Positions 13,294 through 24,768 of a stretch of 64,000 nucleotides of DNA are shown here, one piece after another. Both the position numbers and the translations under genes were made by a program. The notes under the pieces are model-generated. The model ran no database searches. It was not told the DNA's origin and saw only the letters and a list, made by a program, of their open reading frames with translations. Source of the DNA: Mytilus trossulus (lineage: Eukaryota); the NCBI RefSeq assembly GCF_036588685.1, contig NC_086385.1, forward strand, positions 9,176,001-9,240,000, written 5' to 3'. Every line of letters starts with the position of its first letter. The stretch's first letter is position 1.

Positions 13294-14819
13294 GTAAGCA
13301 CTATATAGGCATGCAGCTTTCGGAATTACATGTATTACAAATCTGTATTTTAGTATATTATCAAATTGTTTAAATAAATTAATGATACCCTTCTACGGAA
13401 GCGTTAACACTGTCGGCCCTAGCTTACAACTTTTTGAGATTTAATAATACATCTTTATCTTATGGGATTTATTATGATTTGAAAGACAAACAAATTTGAT
13501 ATAATTATGAACAACAGAAAAATAAAAAATATAATGATAAGGAAACCAACAAATAATAGAAAAAAAAAGAAAAAAATATAATTGAAAGCTTAAATAGATT
13601 ACAAATTCAGTTGCCAAAATGTGTAGCGATCAGCTGCAGATAGACTAAGAAAGCAAAGAATACTTGAAATTTATTATGCCAATAGTGTGTATGAGTATAT
13701 AAATGTAATATGTGAACAAAATAGGACTAAACATATGTTTGTAGATTTTAGAATAATATAGGGGAAAGTTATTATTTACATATAAACATAAATAAAGATA
13801 ACGCTATCTGAAAAAAAAATCTACCCAAAAAGTGTATTTGAATGTTTGCCTGTTTTGTTCTTGCATACCGTCGTTGCAGGATTTTAATTGGGGTGTTAGT
13901 ACACCGGATTTCTTTCCACATGAAGACAAAAAGACAGACGCCCCACACTAATTCCTTGATACGGATTACTTCGAACTAGTATTGATTCTCTAGGAAGTGG
14001 GTTAATTTCCAATGTGACATAGCTAATATGACATTTCTTACATATACGCAAATAAATATTCCAAATTTAAAAAGAAATATGGGTAGTGTCTTACGTTTGA
14101 TCCATGGAAAACTTCCGATAACACATATATATATTTCCTTACTAAATTGGTACAGCTGATCGTGGAGTGAGGTACACATTATGTTTGTTGTAAATAAATA
14201 CAGATATGTAGTATATGTTATTAAAATAGCTGTAAAATAACAACTAGAACACACATCCAAACAATAATTTCATCAGTTAAAAAGTTTTTGTATAAAAAAT
14301 ATAGTCGAATTTAGTCTTGACAAGCTGTCAATAATATAGGGTTATTGCATGAATATTGGGGAATATTGTCCCGAGTAGAATTTTATATTGCACGAGCTGG
14401 TGAGTTCAATATATGTTCTACGAGGCACAATATTACTCAATATTCATGCAATAATCCTTTAATTGTACACGTATAGCAATATAATATTTGAAAGTAAAAA
14501 TTGGTTTAAACTAAGATTTTGTCGTTGATGACGTCATGAATTTTGAAGATATATTGCACTAGTGCAATATTGAAATTTATTGTACGCTAATTTTTGGTTA
14601 CTTTCTGTGAGAAATATCATATTGCTATGCAATAATACCAGATGATGCTTAAAGCTACACAAAATAAATATCAATGTAGCTCCTGTCGTTAGACTTTTTT
14701 TTACATCTTCTGTATCCAAGGTTGTCATTTCTGCATTATTTGTGTCATTAAGGTATTAATGAGATTTCTATATGTTACTTTTTTATATAAATTTTGATCT
14801 ACTAGTATGTTGATTATAG

Positions 14820-17731
14820 AAATCCACGAAGATTTAATAAACGAGTGGGGCAATGAAGACAATAAGGTGGTCAAAACTAGAGCTATTAGTCGAATAGAAG
14901 AACTTCTCAAATATACAGATGTCGTAGTGGCGGTAGGTCCCTCGGGCTGTGGTAAGTCCACCGCTATTCACCATGTTGCTCTTTGGCTGCATAATCAAGA
15001 AGGTTATACAATTGTTCCTGTCCACAGTCCAGAAGAAATAATTTCTTACTGCAAACCGACATATAAACAAGTTTTTGTAATTGATGACGTGTGTGGCATA
15101 TCTACAATAGACATTGGACTGGTGAATCGTTGGACTACATGGGCAATTGATATAGAACAAGTGATTGCGGATCACAAAATAAAAATTTTGTTATCATGCA
15201 GAAAGCACATTTATCTCGATCGTTCATTTGCGGGTGTAGAACTATTGTCGAAAACAGCCTGTGATCTTGTTTTAAGTTACAGACTAACAGAAATTGAAAG
15301 AAATCAAATAGCTAGTATCTACTTAACAGAGAGAGAGATAAATGCTTTAAAAAAGTCAAATCTAGATAAAAAATTTAGCTTCTTTCCACTTTTATGTTCC
15401 CTTTATTCAAAACAGAAAGTAACAACTGTTCAGAATTTCTTTGCCTATCCGATCAGCGTTTTAGGACGTGATCTGAACTTGTTGAGGAAAGCCACAGATC
15501 AAACAACATTGGCTACAATGAGTCTGTTCATTGCCTTCAACAATAATTTAGATAAAAATATGTTAGTAAGATCAAACGATATGACAGAACTGTTGGAAGC
15601 CATATCCGATCATTTCTATCTTCCAGCGCGTTTTTCAATAAAAGTCGTCACTTCTGAATTACACAAGCTCGAGATGTCTTACGTGAAGAAAACAGTTTCC
15701 ACCTACAGAATACTTCATGACAGGATATATGATATTTTTCTAGCATTTTGTGGGGAACATTTCTTTGACCTGGTTCTTGAGGTAGCCCATAGAGACGTAA
15801 TACGAGATAGACTTGTACTAGAATCAGTACTAAAGGAAGACCAAAACCTAATAAACGAACAAAATGTTATAACAGTCCCTGATAAAGTAGAAGACCATTA
15901 TTTTGACCGAATTGTGAAAGACATTAAAAAAATATCTATTTTGCATGTATTTGACAATAGGCAGTTAAAATGTATTACTTTCCGCAAAAAGTTGTTCCTT
16001 TACATTGAGCAGAGGCTCGACATTAGAGAAATGTTATCGGCGTTATCTGTTTGTGAAATATCTAACATACTTCTATCGATGACCAGTCAATTTTACTGGG
16101 ACTTGGTTCCAATTCTTTTAACAAAACATGTAGATGTAAATGTAAGTGATTGGCGAGGTACACCTTTGTATTTGGCTTCTAAGCAAGGACACATTGAAAA
16201 TGCAAAGATACTGTTAGATCATCATGCCGATCCGAGTATTTGTAATGAGAAAAATGAACCACCTTTATTTGTTGCTTCTGAGGAGGGTCAAACCGAAATT
16301 GTTAGATCTTTGTTAAAACATAAATGTAATCCTAATATCTGTAATAAAAGCAAGAAATCTCCCGTGTTTATTGCTTCTAGCAGAGGTTATTTTGATATTG
16401 TAAGGTTATTATTAGAACATAAATGTGATCCTAAGCTATGTGATGATCTGAATACATCACCTCTGTTTATTGCTTCCGCTGGAGGGTATACTGCCATTGT
16501 TAAATTATTATTAGAACATAACTGTGATCCTAATGTCTGTAATGATTACCCTATGTCACCTTTGTTTGTAGCAACTCTGAACGGATATATCGATATTATT
16601 AGATTGTTGTTAGAACATAACTGTGATCCTAATGTATGTGATCGTGAAAATATGTCACCTTTGTTTGTAGCATCTGAATATAGACTTGCTGATATTGTTA
16701 GATTATTGTTAGAATATAAATGTGATCCTAACATATGTAATCGTCATAATATGTCACCTTTGTTTGTTGCTTCTACATGCAAAAGCGGTTATGATATTGT
16801 CAAATTATTATTAGAATATAAATGTGATCCTAACATCTGCAACTGTCAAAATATGTCCCCTTTGTTTGTTGCTTCTAGATGTAAAGGTTGTTATGATATA
16901 GTCAAATTATTGCTACAATATAAATGTGATCCTAACATCTGTAACAATCAGAATATCTCACCTTTGTTTGTTGCATCTCAGAACGAACATGTCGATATTA
17001 TTAGATTATTGTTAGAAAATAACTCGGATCCTAATAAATGTAATAATAAAAATGAATCACCTTTACTTATTGCTTCTAGTAAAGGCAATCATGACATTGC
17101 AAAATTATTGTTAAAGCATAAATGTAACTCGCATGTAAATTATGATAACCGGGAATCACCTTTAATGATTGCTTCTTCGGAAGGTTATACAAATATTGTT
17201 AGATTATTATTAGAACATAAGTGTGATCCCAACTTGTGTCGTTGTCTGGGTATGTCGCCTTTATTTGCTGCATCTGCGAATGGTCATATAGATATTGTTA
17301 GAATATTGCTAGATCATAATTGTGATCCTAGAAAAAGCATTCCTGATAGAAACCACTTAGTTGGTACTATGTCACCTTCGTATATTGCTTCTTTAAAAGG
17401 ATATATTGATGTTGTTGGATTATTGATAGAACATAAATGTGATCCTAATATCTATGATTCTGAAAAGTGGATGCCGCCTGTATTGCATGCATCTGTAAGG
17501 GGTCACACCGATATGGTAAAATTACTTTTAGAACAGAACTGTGATCCTAACATTTGTAATGATAAACATGAATCAGCTTTATTCATTGCTTCTTATAGAG
17601 GTCATACTGATATTGTAAGATTATTATTGCAAAACAACTGTGATCCTGATATCTGCAATCATATAAATAGATCACCTTTATTTATTGCTTTACAGGAGGG
17701 TCATATTCAAATTGTAAAATTATTATTATAA
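14820..17731 (+). CDS. Coding exon 4: STAND P-loop NTPase (nSTAND3-like), helical/winged-helix region and 16 ankyrin repeats
   Basis: Acceptor ttatag ending at 14819 inside ORF 14807..17731. Walker A GPSGCGKS (14936-14959), Walker B VFVIDDVCG (~15071), sensor-1-like ILLSCR, FPLLC (GxP-equivalent), ILHD (MHD-like). From ~16150, 16 repeats of ~33 aa with consensus SPLFxASxxGxxDIVRLLLEHxCDPNIC. Confidence 0.93.
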
Positions 17732-18140
17732 TACAACTGTGATCTAAATATCTGCAAATATTCTTTTAATGAACCCCTTTTATTTATTGCTTGTCAGGAG
17801 GGTCATATTCAAATTGTAAAATTATTATTGGAATGCAATAGTAATATGACACTTGATGACAAGGAAAACTTTGCATCCATAGCGATGATGAATGGTCATA
17901 CAGATATTGCGAAACTGGTGAAAGAACATGAATGAGGCTGTAATATATTTAAAATAGAAAAGAATAAGTTGTATCTACTACTAATAATAATGGTCATGTT
18001 GATACTGCAAAATTGTTTCCAGTAGACAACTACAATCTGACAATTTGTAATTTAAAACAACATGAATCATCTTTATGCATTGCTTTGAGGGTGGACCATC
18101 CTGGTTTAATGAGACTATTGTTAAAACTTGAATTCCCTTA
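17732..18140 (+). pseudogene. Ankyrin repeats downstream of the premature stop (in frame to 17935, then decayed relics)
   Basis: After the TAA the same frame reads YNCDLNICKYSFNEPLLFIACQEGHIQIVKLLLECNSNMTLDDKENFASIAMMNGHTDIAKLVKEHE*. Further downstream another frame reads NGHVDTAKLFPVDNYNLTICNLKQHESSLCIALRVDHPGLMRLLLKLEFP*. Confidence 0.8.
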
Positions 18141-18424
18141 ATTATAGTTTAAGTGAAGGCTTAGTGAAGATGAATGCTTATTTCTCCTTTTAGCTCCGCT
18201 CTTACGATCTAGTTATATAAATGTATGCGCATGCCCAAGCTATTGTAAGGCACCAGCCCCTACTCATTCTTAAACAGGAATTTTGTTATTGGTTTTATTG
18301 TGTGTATTATATGACAAGTACATGCAGTGCTTGAATTGTATATTTTGAATTGTGCATAGATTTATGATGTTATTTATTTGAATGTTCACCATATGAAATG
18401 TGTTGTTGAGACAAGCAGCTTTAT

Positions 18425-19002
18425 GGTGGTATGGGTGTCTTCCTCCGTCTTGGATTGTAAAAAAAAACAAAGGTCAAGATTTTCTATCAAGTTAGCAAAA
18501 TTTGGTGCAGGAAAGCAGATATTTAATGTGAATTTTCTTTTAAAAGTACCAATTTATAAGAATATAACTTAATCATGTTAATAATACTAATATTTTTGAA
18601 AATGTTGATTAATTTTTTTTTATTGTCACTTTCAGGGGAGGTTACTCTTAAACCGTGCATATTTTGAAGGATTCTACATGGATTTTTACCATTTTGTATT
18701 TTAGCCGGAAAAAACGTACAGTGGCCCTATCTTTTCTTTTGAAATTCTCAAAGCATTGTTTGAAAGCTATCTTATCCTCAAGTATTTAATAATTCTATCC
18801 TTTTGAATAGTTTCTAACCACAAAATAGTGATTTTTCCTGTATAATCAATACAAAATGTGTCATTTTGTCGTGATCTGTAGCTTGAGAAAATGCGCGGTG
18901 ACCTATAATTTTTATTATATTTTTCAACATATATTAATAGATACTACGTTTTGGTAAAATATGAACAAATTCTATCATTTTTATTTTAGATCCCATACCA
19001 CC
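18425..19002. mobile_element. Same TIR element family, copy 2, 3' of the ankyrin gene
   Basis: TTAT|GGTGGTATGGGTGTCT ... AGATCCCATACCACC|TTAC; same orientation as copy 1. Confidence 0.85.
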
Positions 19003-20355
19003 TTACGTATTTTTAATCGTAATGTAATTGTTCATTTTTTTAACAGACACAGTCATGACAGTGACATAACAGAAAATAGAACATATTTTATTCAATTTTA
19101 TTATTGACTAAAAAATTTCATCACTGTAATATTCTCATTTTGAATGATTTATAACGGTACATAAAGTTTAACTGTTCACATATTAAATCTTTGAAACTGT
19201 TATTAAAAATAATAAATTGGCATCACATACTTCCCAATATCTGTATTATATCACAAACTCTTGTTTAACATAACTTCCATGTTAATTCATTTGAAATTGT
19301 TTAAACTTTTGTCCTTCTTCATGTTGTTATTATAGGCTAAAGTGTCGTCTGCTGCCAGTGCCTCGTTCCAAAATTAATTTGCATTTTTAAACATGTGCTG
19401 ATGTCAATCCACATAGTGTTACTGTTAGAAAAACGTTATTGTTATGAGTGTTGTAAATAAGCTGTGGTTGTTCAGTATTTTTGTGACTTTACTTTTCTTG
19501 GGACTTTTTTTGTTGTTGTTTTGGTTGCATCATGTTTTCTTTTCCATAAAGTATGATTTATCAACTATATGATATTTATCCCTCTTTGGATATTCTCGAG
19601 TCTTTATAGTTGGAAGGCTTAAAAATATCAAAGTTGCATAACATTAAAAACCGAAAAATTCCATTAATTTGACAATAATTCGCTTGTAGATAAAATGACA
19701 CTAGTATGTTAACTTGAATGCAACTTCTTTAACAACAAAAAGTGAATTTGAACTTTCCGAAATTGAAATGCCGAGACACACTCTCTGAGGCTATTTTAAT
19801 TATCTATCTTATGATATTGTGATTTGTTTTGTTAAACTTTTGATATTTGAGACTGTTAATCTCCTTAATTATTAAGAATAAATTCGATCAAAGATATTTA
19901 AGGTTCGCTTTGATATTTCAATAAATATTGATGGTTATAGATTTAAGAAAAAAAACATAGATAATACGTGAAATGACATTGTATCTAAAACTCATTAGAG
20001 ATACCAGGAATACCCCAGCTGCTTATTACGTCTATATAATTCAGATAATACTCATCAGTAGTGTGCAAATCATATCCGTTTAAATGCTAAATCCATAACA
20101 AAGTAAAATTACATTAAAAACCCCAAAATTACATAAAAAAATAATGCTATTCATAATTATCTAACTTGAATATTCTCTCTTGTAAAACACGAAATACATA
20201 TTTTCATTAGACTCTTTTCGTGTTTCAGAACTAAACATGATTAGACATGCATGCAATCAACATTAGTAAAGATGAACATACTCATCCCCTGTAATCAACA
20301 AAATTAAATCGACATGTATACAGCTTGGCTATATCATAATTTACAAACTTTGTTT

Positions 20356-21000
20356 ATATATAAAAGAAGATGTGGTATGATTACCAATGAGACAACTATC
20401 CACAAAAGACCACAATAACACAAACATAACCAGTTATAGGTCACCGTACAGCCTTCAACAATGAGCGAAGCCCGTACCGCATATAGTCAGCTTAAAAAGG
20501 CCCCGATAAGACAATGTAAAACAATTCAAACGATAAAACTAACGGCCTTATTTATGTAAAAAAATTAACGAAAAACAAATGTGTAACACATCAACAAACG
20601 GCAACCACTGAATTACAGGCTCATGACTTGGGACAGGCACATACATAAATAATGTGGCGGGGTTAAACATGTTAGCGGGATCCCAACCCTCATCCCAACC
20701 TGAGACAGTGGTATAACAGTACAACATAAGAAACCAACTTTAAAAATCAGTTGAAAAAGACCTAACTCATCAGATAGACAAAAAATAAAAGTGGATGTGG
20801 CCGGGTACTTATGTATCCCGACACAAAAAGACTCAATGAACAGATCTGAGAGTACTCGCAGTTATCTGACAGCTAGTTCAAAGCCACTAACAACTAATAA
20901 AAAGTCATGCCTCTAAGACTAAACACTTAACTCGTACACATCCAACATACAATGGATTTAATGTAAAGACGTCATAAACAGCCAGAGAAAAACATGACCT
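20356..21000 (-). repeat. Longest copy of a high-copy interspersed repeat anchored at AGAAGATGTGGTATGATTGCCAATGAGACAAC
   Basis: Related copies at ~460-670, 10075-10195, 12395-12750 (inverted), 22500-23200 (inverted), 34820-34945, 38360-38545, 40586-41020, 41515-41745 (inverted), 43410-43635, 51455-51610 (inverted), 56690-57110 and 57840-57925. One shared end with a variable other end suggests 5'-truncated retroposons; strand inferred from that. Confidence 0.8.
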
Positions 21001-24000
21001 TAATACATTTTGCTGAAACAGTCCTCATTAACAAAATCGCATTTAAGCTTAAGACCATAAAACTCTGGTAAACCAACTCATTTGCGTGCGCGATTAATTT
21101 TGTGAAATTTTGAGAGTATTAATTGTATTAAACAAAGAGTTTCAAATGGTGAAATTAAGGTACTCCCTTTATAGACGCCATCAAGATTGTGTTGATCGTT
21201 ATGGAATAACCTATTCAGAGAGGATATTGGCTATGTTCTTTTAGTCGTAGCTACGTTCATCTTCCCTTTTTACGGATGTGACCTACCGAGTTAGACTATT
21301 TACCGTGTTTGAAAAAACATGAGTAAAACACGACGGATGCCATATGTAGAGCAGAATCTGCTTACCCTTCCGAGGAATCTCAGATCCCCGAAGTGTTTGG
21401 TTGGGTTCGTGTTGCTTAGTCCTTAGTTTCCTTTGTTGTGTCCTGTGTACTTTAATTTTTTTTTTGTCTTTTTTGGCCATGGTGTTGTCAGTGTTTTTTT
21501 CGATCTATGAGTTTGACTTTTTTACCATAACAATAATTTACGAATATGCAAGTTTTGATATTTCAACAGCACGAATAAATTAAAAAACTGCAAATTAAAA
21601 TCAAGGTTTAGAATTATAGACAAAAGAGGGACGAAAGATACCAAAAGGGACAGTCAAACTCATAAATCTAAAACAAACTGACAACGCCATGGCTAAAAAT
21701 GAAAAAGACAAACAGAAAAACAATAGTACACATGACACAACATAGAAAACTAAAGAATAAACAACACGAACCCCACCAAAAACTAGGTTTGATCTCAGGT
21801 GCTCCGGAAAGGTAAGCTGTTGTCTCTTTTTTTACATTTCTAGAATGTCTTCTAGTGAAGAGGCAAAAGAAGTACATATAATGCATCTTTACACCTCTTC
21901 TGGACAAAATTTACGGAAGATCAAAAAACCAAAATTTAATTTGCCGTCGAATATAAGCAGATTTTTGTTATTTTGAATGTCATTATTGAAGTTTACGGTA
22001 AATAAAATTTTAGAAAAGGAAGATACGTCCATTAGAAATGGCTGTTAAAAGTGTTCGTAACATTTTTCTTTGTGAATTCCTGTAACTCAATTTTGCTAAA
22101 CCAATCAGGTTACCCCTCCCCTCTAAACAAAAAATAGATTTTTAAGAAAAATAAACTGCATACAATTTCGTCAATGTTTATCTGGAATATGATAAATAAG
22201 GAACTCGTGTCTATCCAAACTTGTTTTTAAGCAACCAAACTGGATTTCTATGAAATAAAGTAATTTAGTTATCGGAAAGTTATCAGAATCATTAACTCTT
22301 GCGGTCCTCGAAAAAATCTCCTGGTCCAAAATATTATTACTATTGCAAAATTTAGATGGCTGAAACCTTTGGATCAACCTCATTTCAAAAACTTTTATTG
22401 TTTATGGATCTATGTGCAAGTATACAATGTATACCAGACGTTTGTCAGACTATGTTTTTTGTGTGTGTCACGTATTGATCTTTTGAGTTAATCTAATTGC
22501 AAATGATTTTTGAAGATTGTTGTTGAATTGTACTGTTATACCACTGTCGTAGCTTCGGGGAGGGCTGGGTGTACTGTTACATCACTGTCCAATTTAAGGG
22601 ATGGGTTGGGATCCCGCTAACATGTTTAAACCTCCACATTCTGTATGTCTTTACCTGTCCCAAGTCAGGATTGTCGTGGTTGTCGTTTGTTGCTATGTAC
22701 ATGTACGTTTCACATTTGTTGTTCATTTTTTTTTGTACATTAAAACAAGATTGGTTTACCATTGCAATTTAGGAGCCTTTTACAGCTGACTATGCAGTTT
22801 GAACTGTGTTAATCGTTGAAGGTCATCCAATGGTTATAGCTGTTTATTTCTGTGTAACTTGTTCTCCTGTATAGAGATGCCACTTTTCAGTTTTTATTTT
22901 AACCCTGTCCTATTGATTTATGTGATTGTCCCAAGTCTGGAACCTTTAGTTAAGTGTTTGTCGTTGGTCTCGACTCGTATTTGATATTTGTAAATTGTTT
23001 GGTTATGTATAATTAGAGCGGTTTTTTTTTTGTTAGTTTGAATTGCTTCACACTTTTAATGTCGAGCATTCTATAGAGGATGTTATATCATCTTGTTTTG
23101 TCATTTGTGTTGAAGGCCTTACAGTTGCCTAAATTGCTTACATTTTCTTCATATTTAAATTCCGGTGGATAATTGACTCATTGGCAATCATATCACATCT
23201 CTTAGTTACATACATGTACCTTGACTTTAAACTCGTGTTTTATAAAAATGAATGAAATATTTGTCACCGGGCGTAACAAATTATCAGCAAACAATCAATC
23301 AATTTAAATATGTGTTAAATGAAAACGTTTTGATATTTATTCATTTTTTTTGGGGGGGGGGGGGGGGGGTAGGAGGATTTTATATATGAATATTGTTCTC
23401 TGGTAAGATCTGAAAACGGCAAGATTAGATTAGATTAAAATGAATAATAATGCCCTTTTCCTTTCCCAATCCTCCATCTATATATTTGAACTGACCACCA
23501 CAGAATAGCCCAATAGTGTTGAAACTAGCGTTGAACACCAATCAATCTAAATCCTCACCTAAGATATCAAATAGCCATCCTTTAACTGCCATTTAGACTA
23601 AACGACGCCATTTTGCCTACACAGTGGCAACACTGGGCCAGCACCTCATTAAGCAGAACATTCTTTTTTGTTTTATATTATTCCATTTAGTAGTTCACTT
23701 AAAAAGTACGACGTGTATTTCCCATAGGGTCTCATATTAAACTATATATCTTTCTCTTGTTGCCATCATGGATTGATCGGCTTTAAAATAACAACTTCAG
23801 TGGTTTTCTAAAAGAAGACATGTGTATGTATTTTCAAATTGTCCGATGTTGAACGATGTCCTCGCTGGCGGCTATTTCATATGATGGATCGGCTACAAAG
23901 TAACAACATTTAATCAACACCTCATAAGGAATATTCATGTAATGTCTGGTTTCATTCCATTCATTGTTTCTAAAAACAAAAAAAAGACATGTGTCTGTAT

Positions 24001-24457
24001 TATCTCTAGAAGAAATTCAAAATGAATAAAATAACGACCACGACGGACGACGGACGTCAAGTAATGAGAAATCCTTCGGGTCAAGTTAGCTAAAAAGGGA
24101 GGTTTGTTTTTTTTGTTTGATTTTTTTTAAGATAATTAACATTACTAGTATAAGGAAGGAAGTAAACCTGGATTCAAAATATATATTTTTGGTCATCTGT
24201 TTTGCCTGATTAGTTTTATCCCAAGCATATTAAGGATAAAAAAATATTTTTCTAGAAAAAAAAACCATGAAGTCCCCTTCGACTTCGTCGGAAGAGTGTC
24301 TATAACCCCTCCCCCCTTTTTTGAAGTTCAGTGGTTGTTCCCGAATTATAAATTAAAATATTGAAATAATAATTGAAAATAAATGCCAAACCTTTGCTAT
24401 AAATCAAATACTGATAAATATAGCTGGTATATCGCAAAATCAATAGTTTCCTTATAT

Positions 24458-24768
24458 TCCCCGAGGGTATCACCAGCCCAGTAGTCAGCACTTCGGTGTT
24501 GACATGAATATCAATTATATGGTCCTTTTTATAAATTTTCTGTTTACAAAACTTTGAATTTTTCGAAAAACTAAGGTTTTTCTTACCCCAGGAGTAGATA
24601 ACCTTAGTCGTATTTCACAACTTTTTGGAATTTTGGATCCTCAATGCTCTTCAACTTTGTATTTATTTGGCCTTTTAACTATTTTGATCTGAGCGTCACT
24701 GATGAGTCTTATGTAGACGAAACGCGCGTCTGGCGTATGAAATTATAATCCTGGTACTTTTGATAACT
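24458..24768 (+). mobile_element. Retrozyme-like element, family A (near full unit)
   Basis: Near-identical to 31820-32134; contains the structured 5' motif, the C(UUCG)G hairpin and the intact hammerhead. Confidence 0.85.
24693..24736 (+). ncRNA. Minimal type I hammerhead ribozyme, intact core (family A)
   Basis: GCGTCA-CTGATGA-GTCT(TATGT)AGAC-GAA-ACGCGCGT-C^TGGCGT. Stem I GCGUCA/UGGCGU, CUGAUGA box, stem II, GAAA, short palindromic stem III, GUC cleavage after 24730. Confidence 0.9.

Larger units (their letters stand above)
7320..17935 (+). pseudogene. HEPN(DZIP3-type)-nSTAND3 NTPase-ankyrin repeat gene, four coding exons (7320-7535, 11463-11680, 13149-13293, 14820-17731/17935); disrupted as sequenced
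   Basis: All three introns are GT..AG and phase-compatible (1, 0, 1). With one base restored at ~7417 the product is ~1163 aa to the TAA at 17729-17731, or ~1231 aa if read through to the TGA at 17933-17935. Two lesions: a -1 frameshift in exon 1 and an in-frame TAA inside an ankyrin repeat. Pseudogene/null allele versus assembly error cannot be resolved from this sequence. Confidence 0.85.

Noticed and set aside
14807-14819. ATG at 14807 as the true start of the 974-aa protein
   Set aside because: It lies just upstream of a phase-compatible acceptor (14819) that joins exon 3, so it is probably intronic.
14834-16734. Antisense ORFs within the large exon
   Set aside because: Shadows of the sense coding sequence with no independent features.
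23352-23369. Poly-G run as a functional G-quadruplex
   Set aside because: Simple homopolymer with no supporting context.
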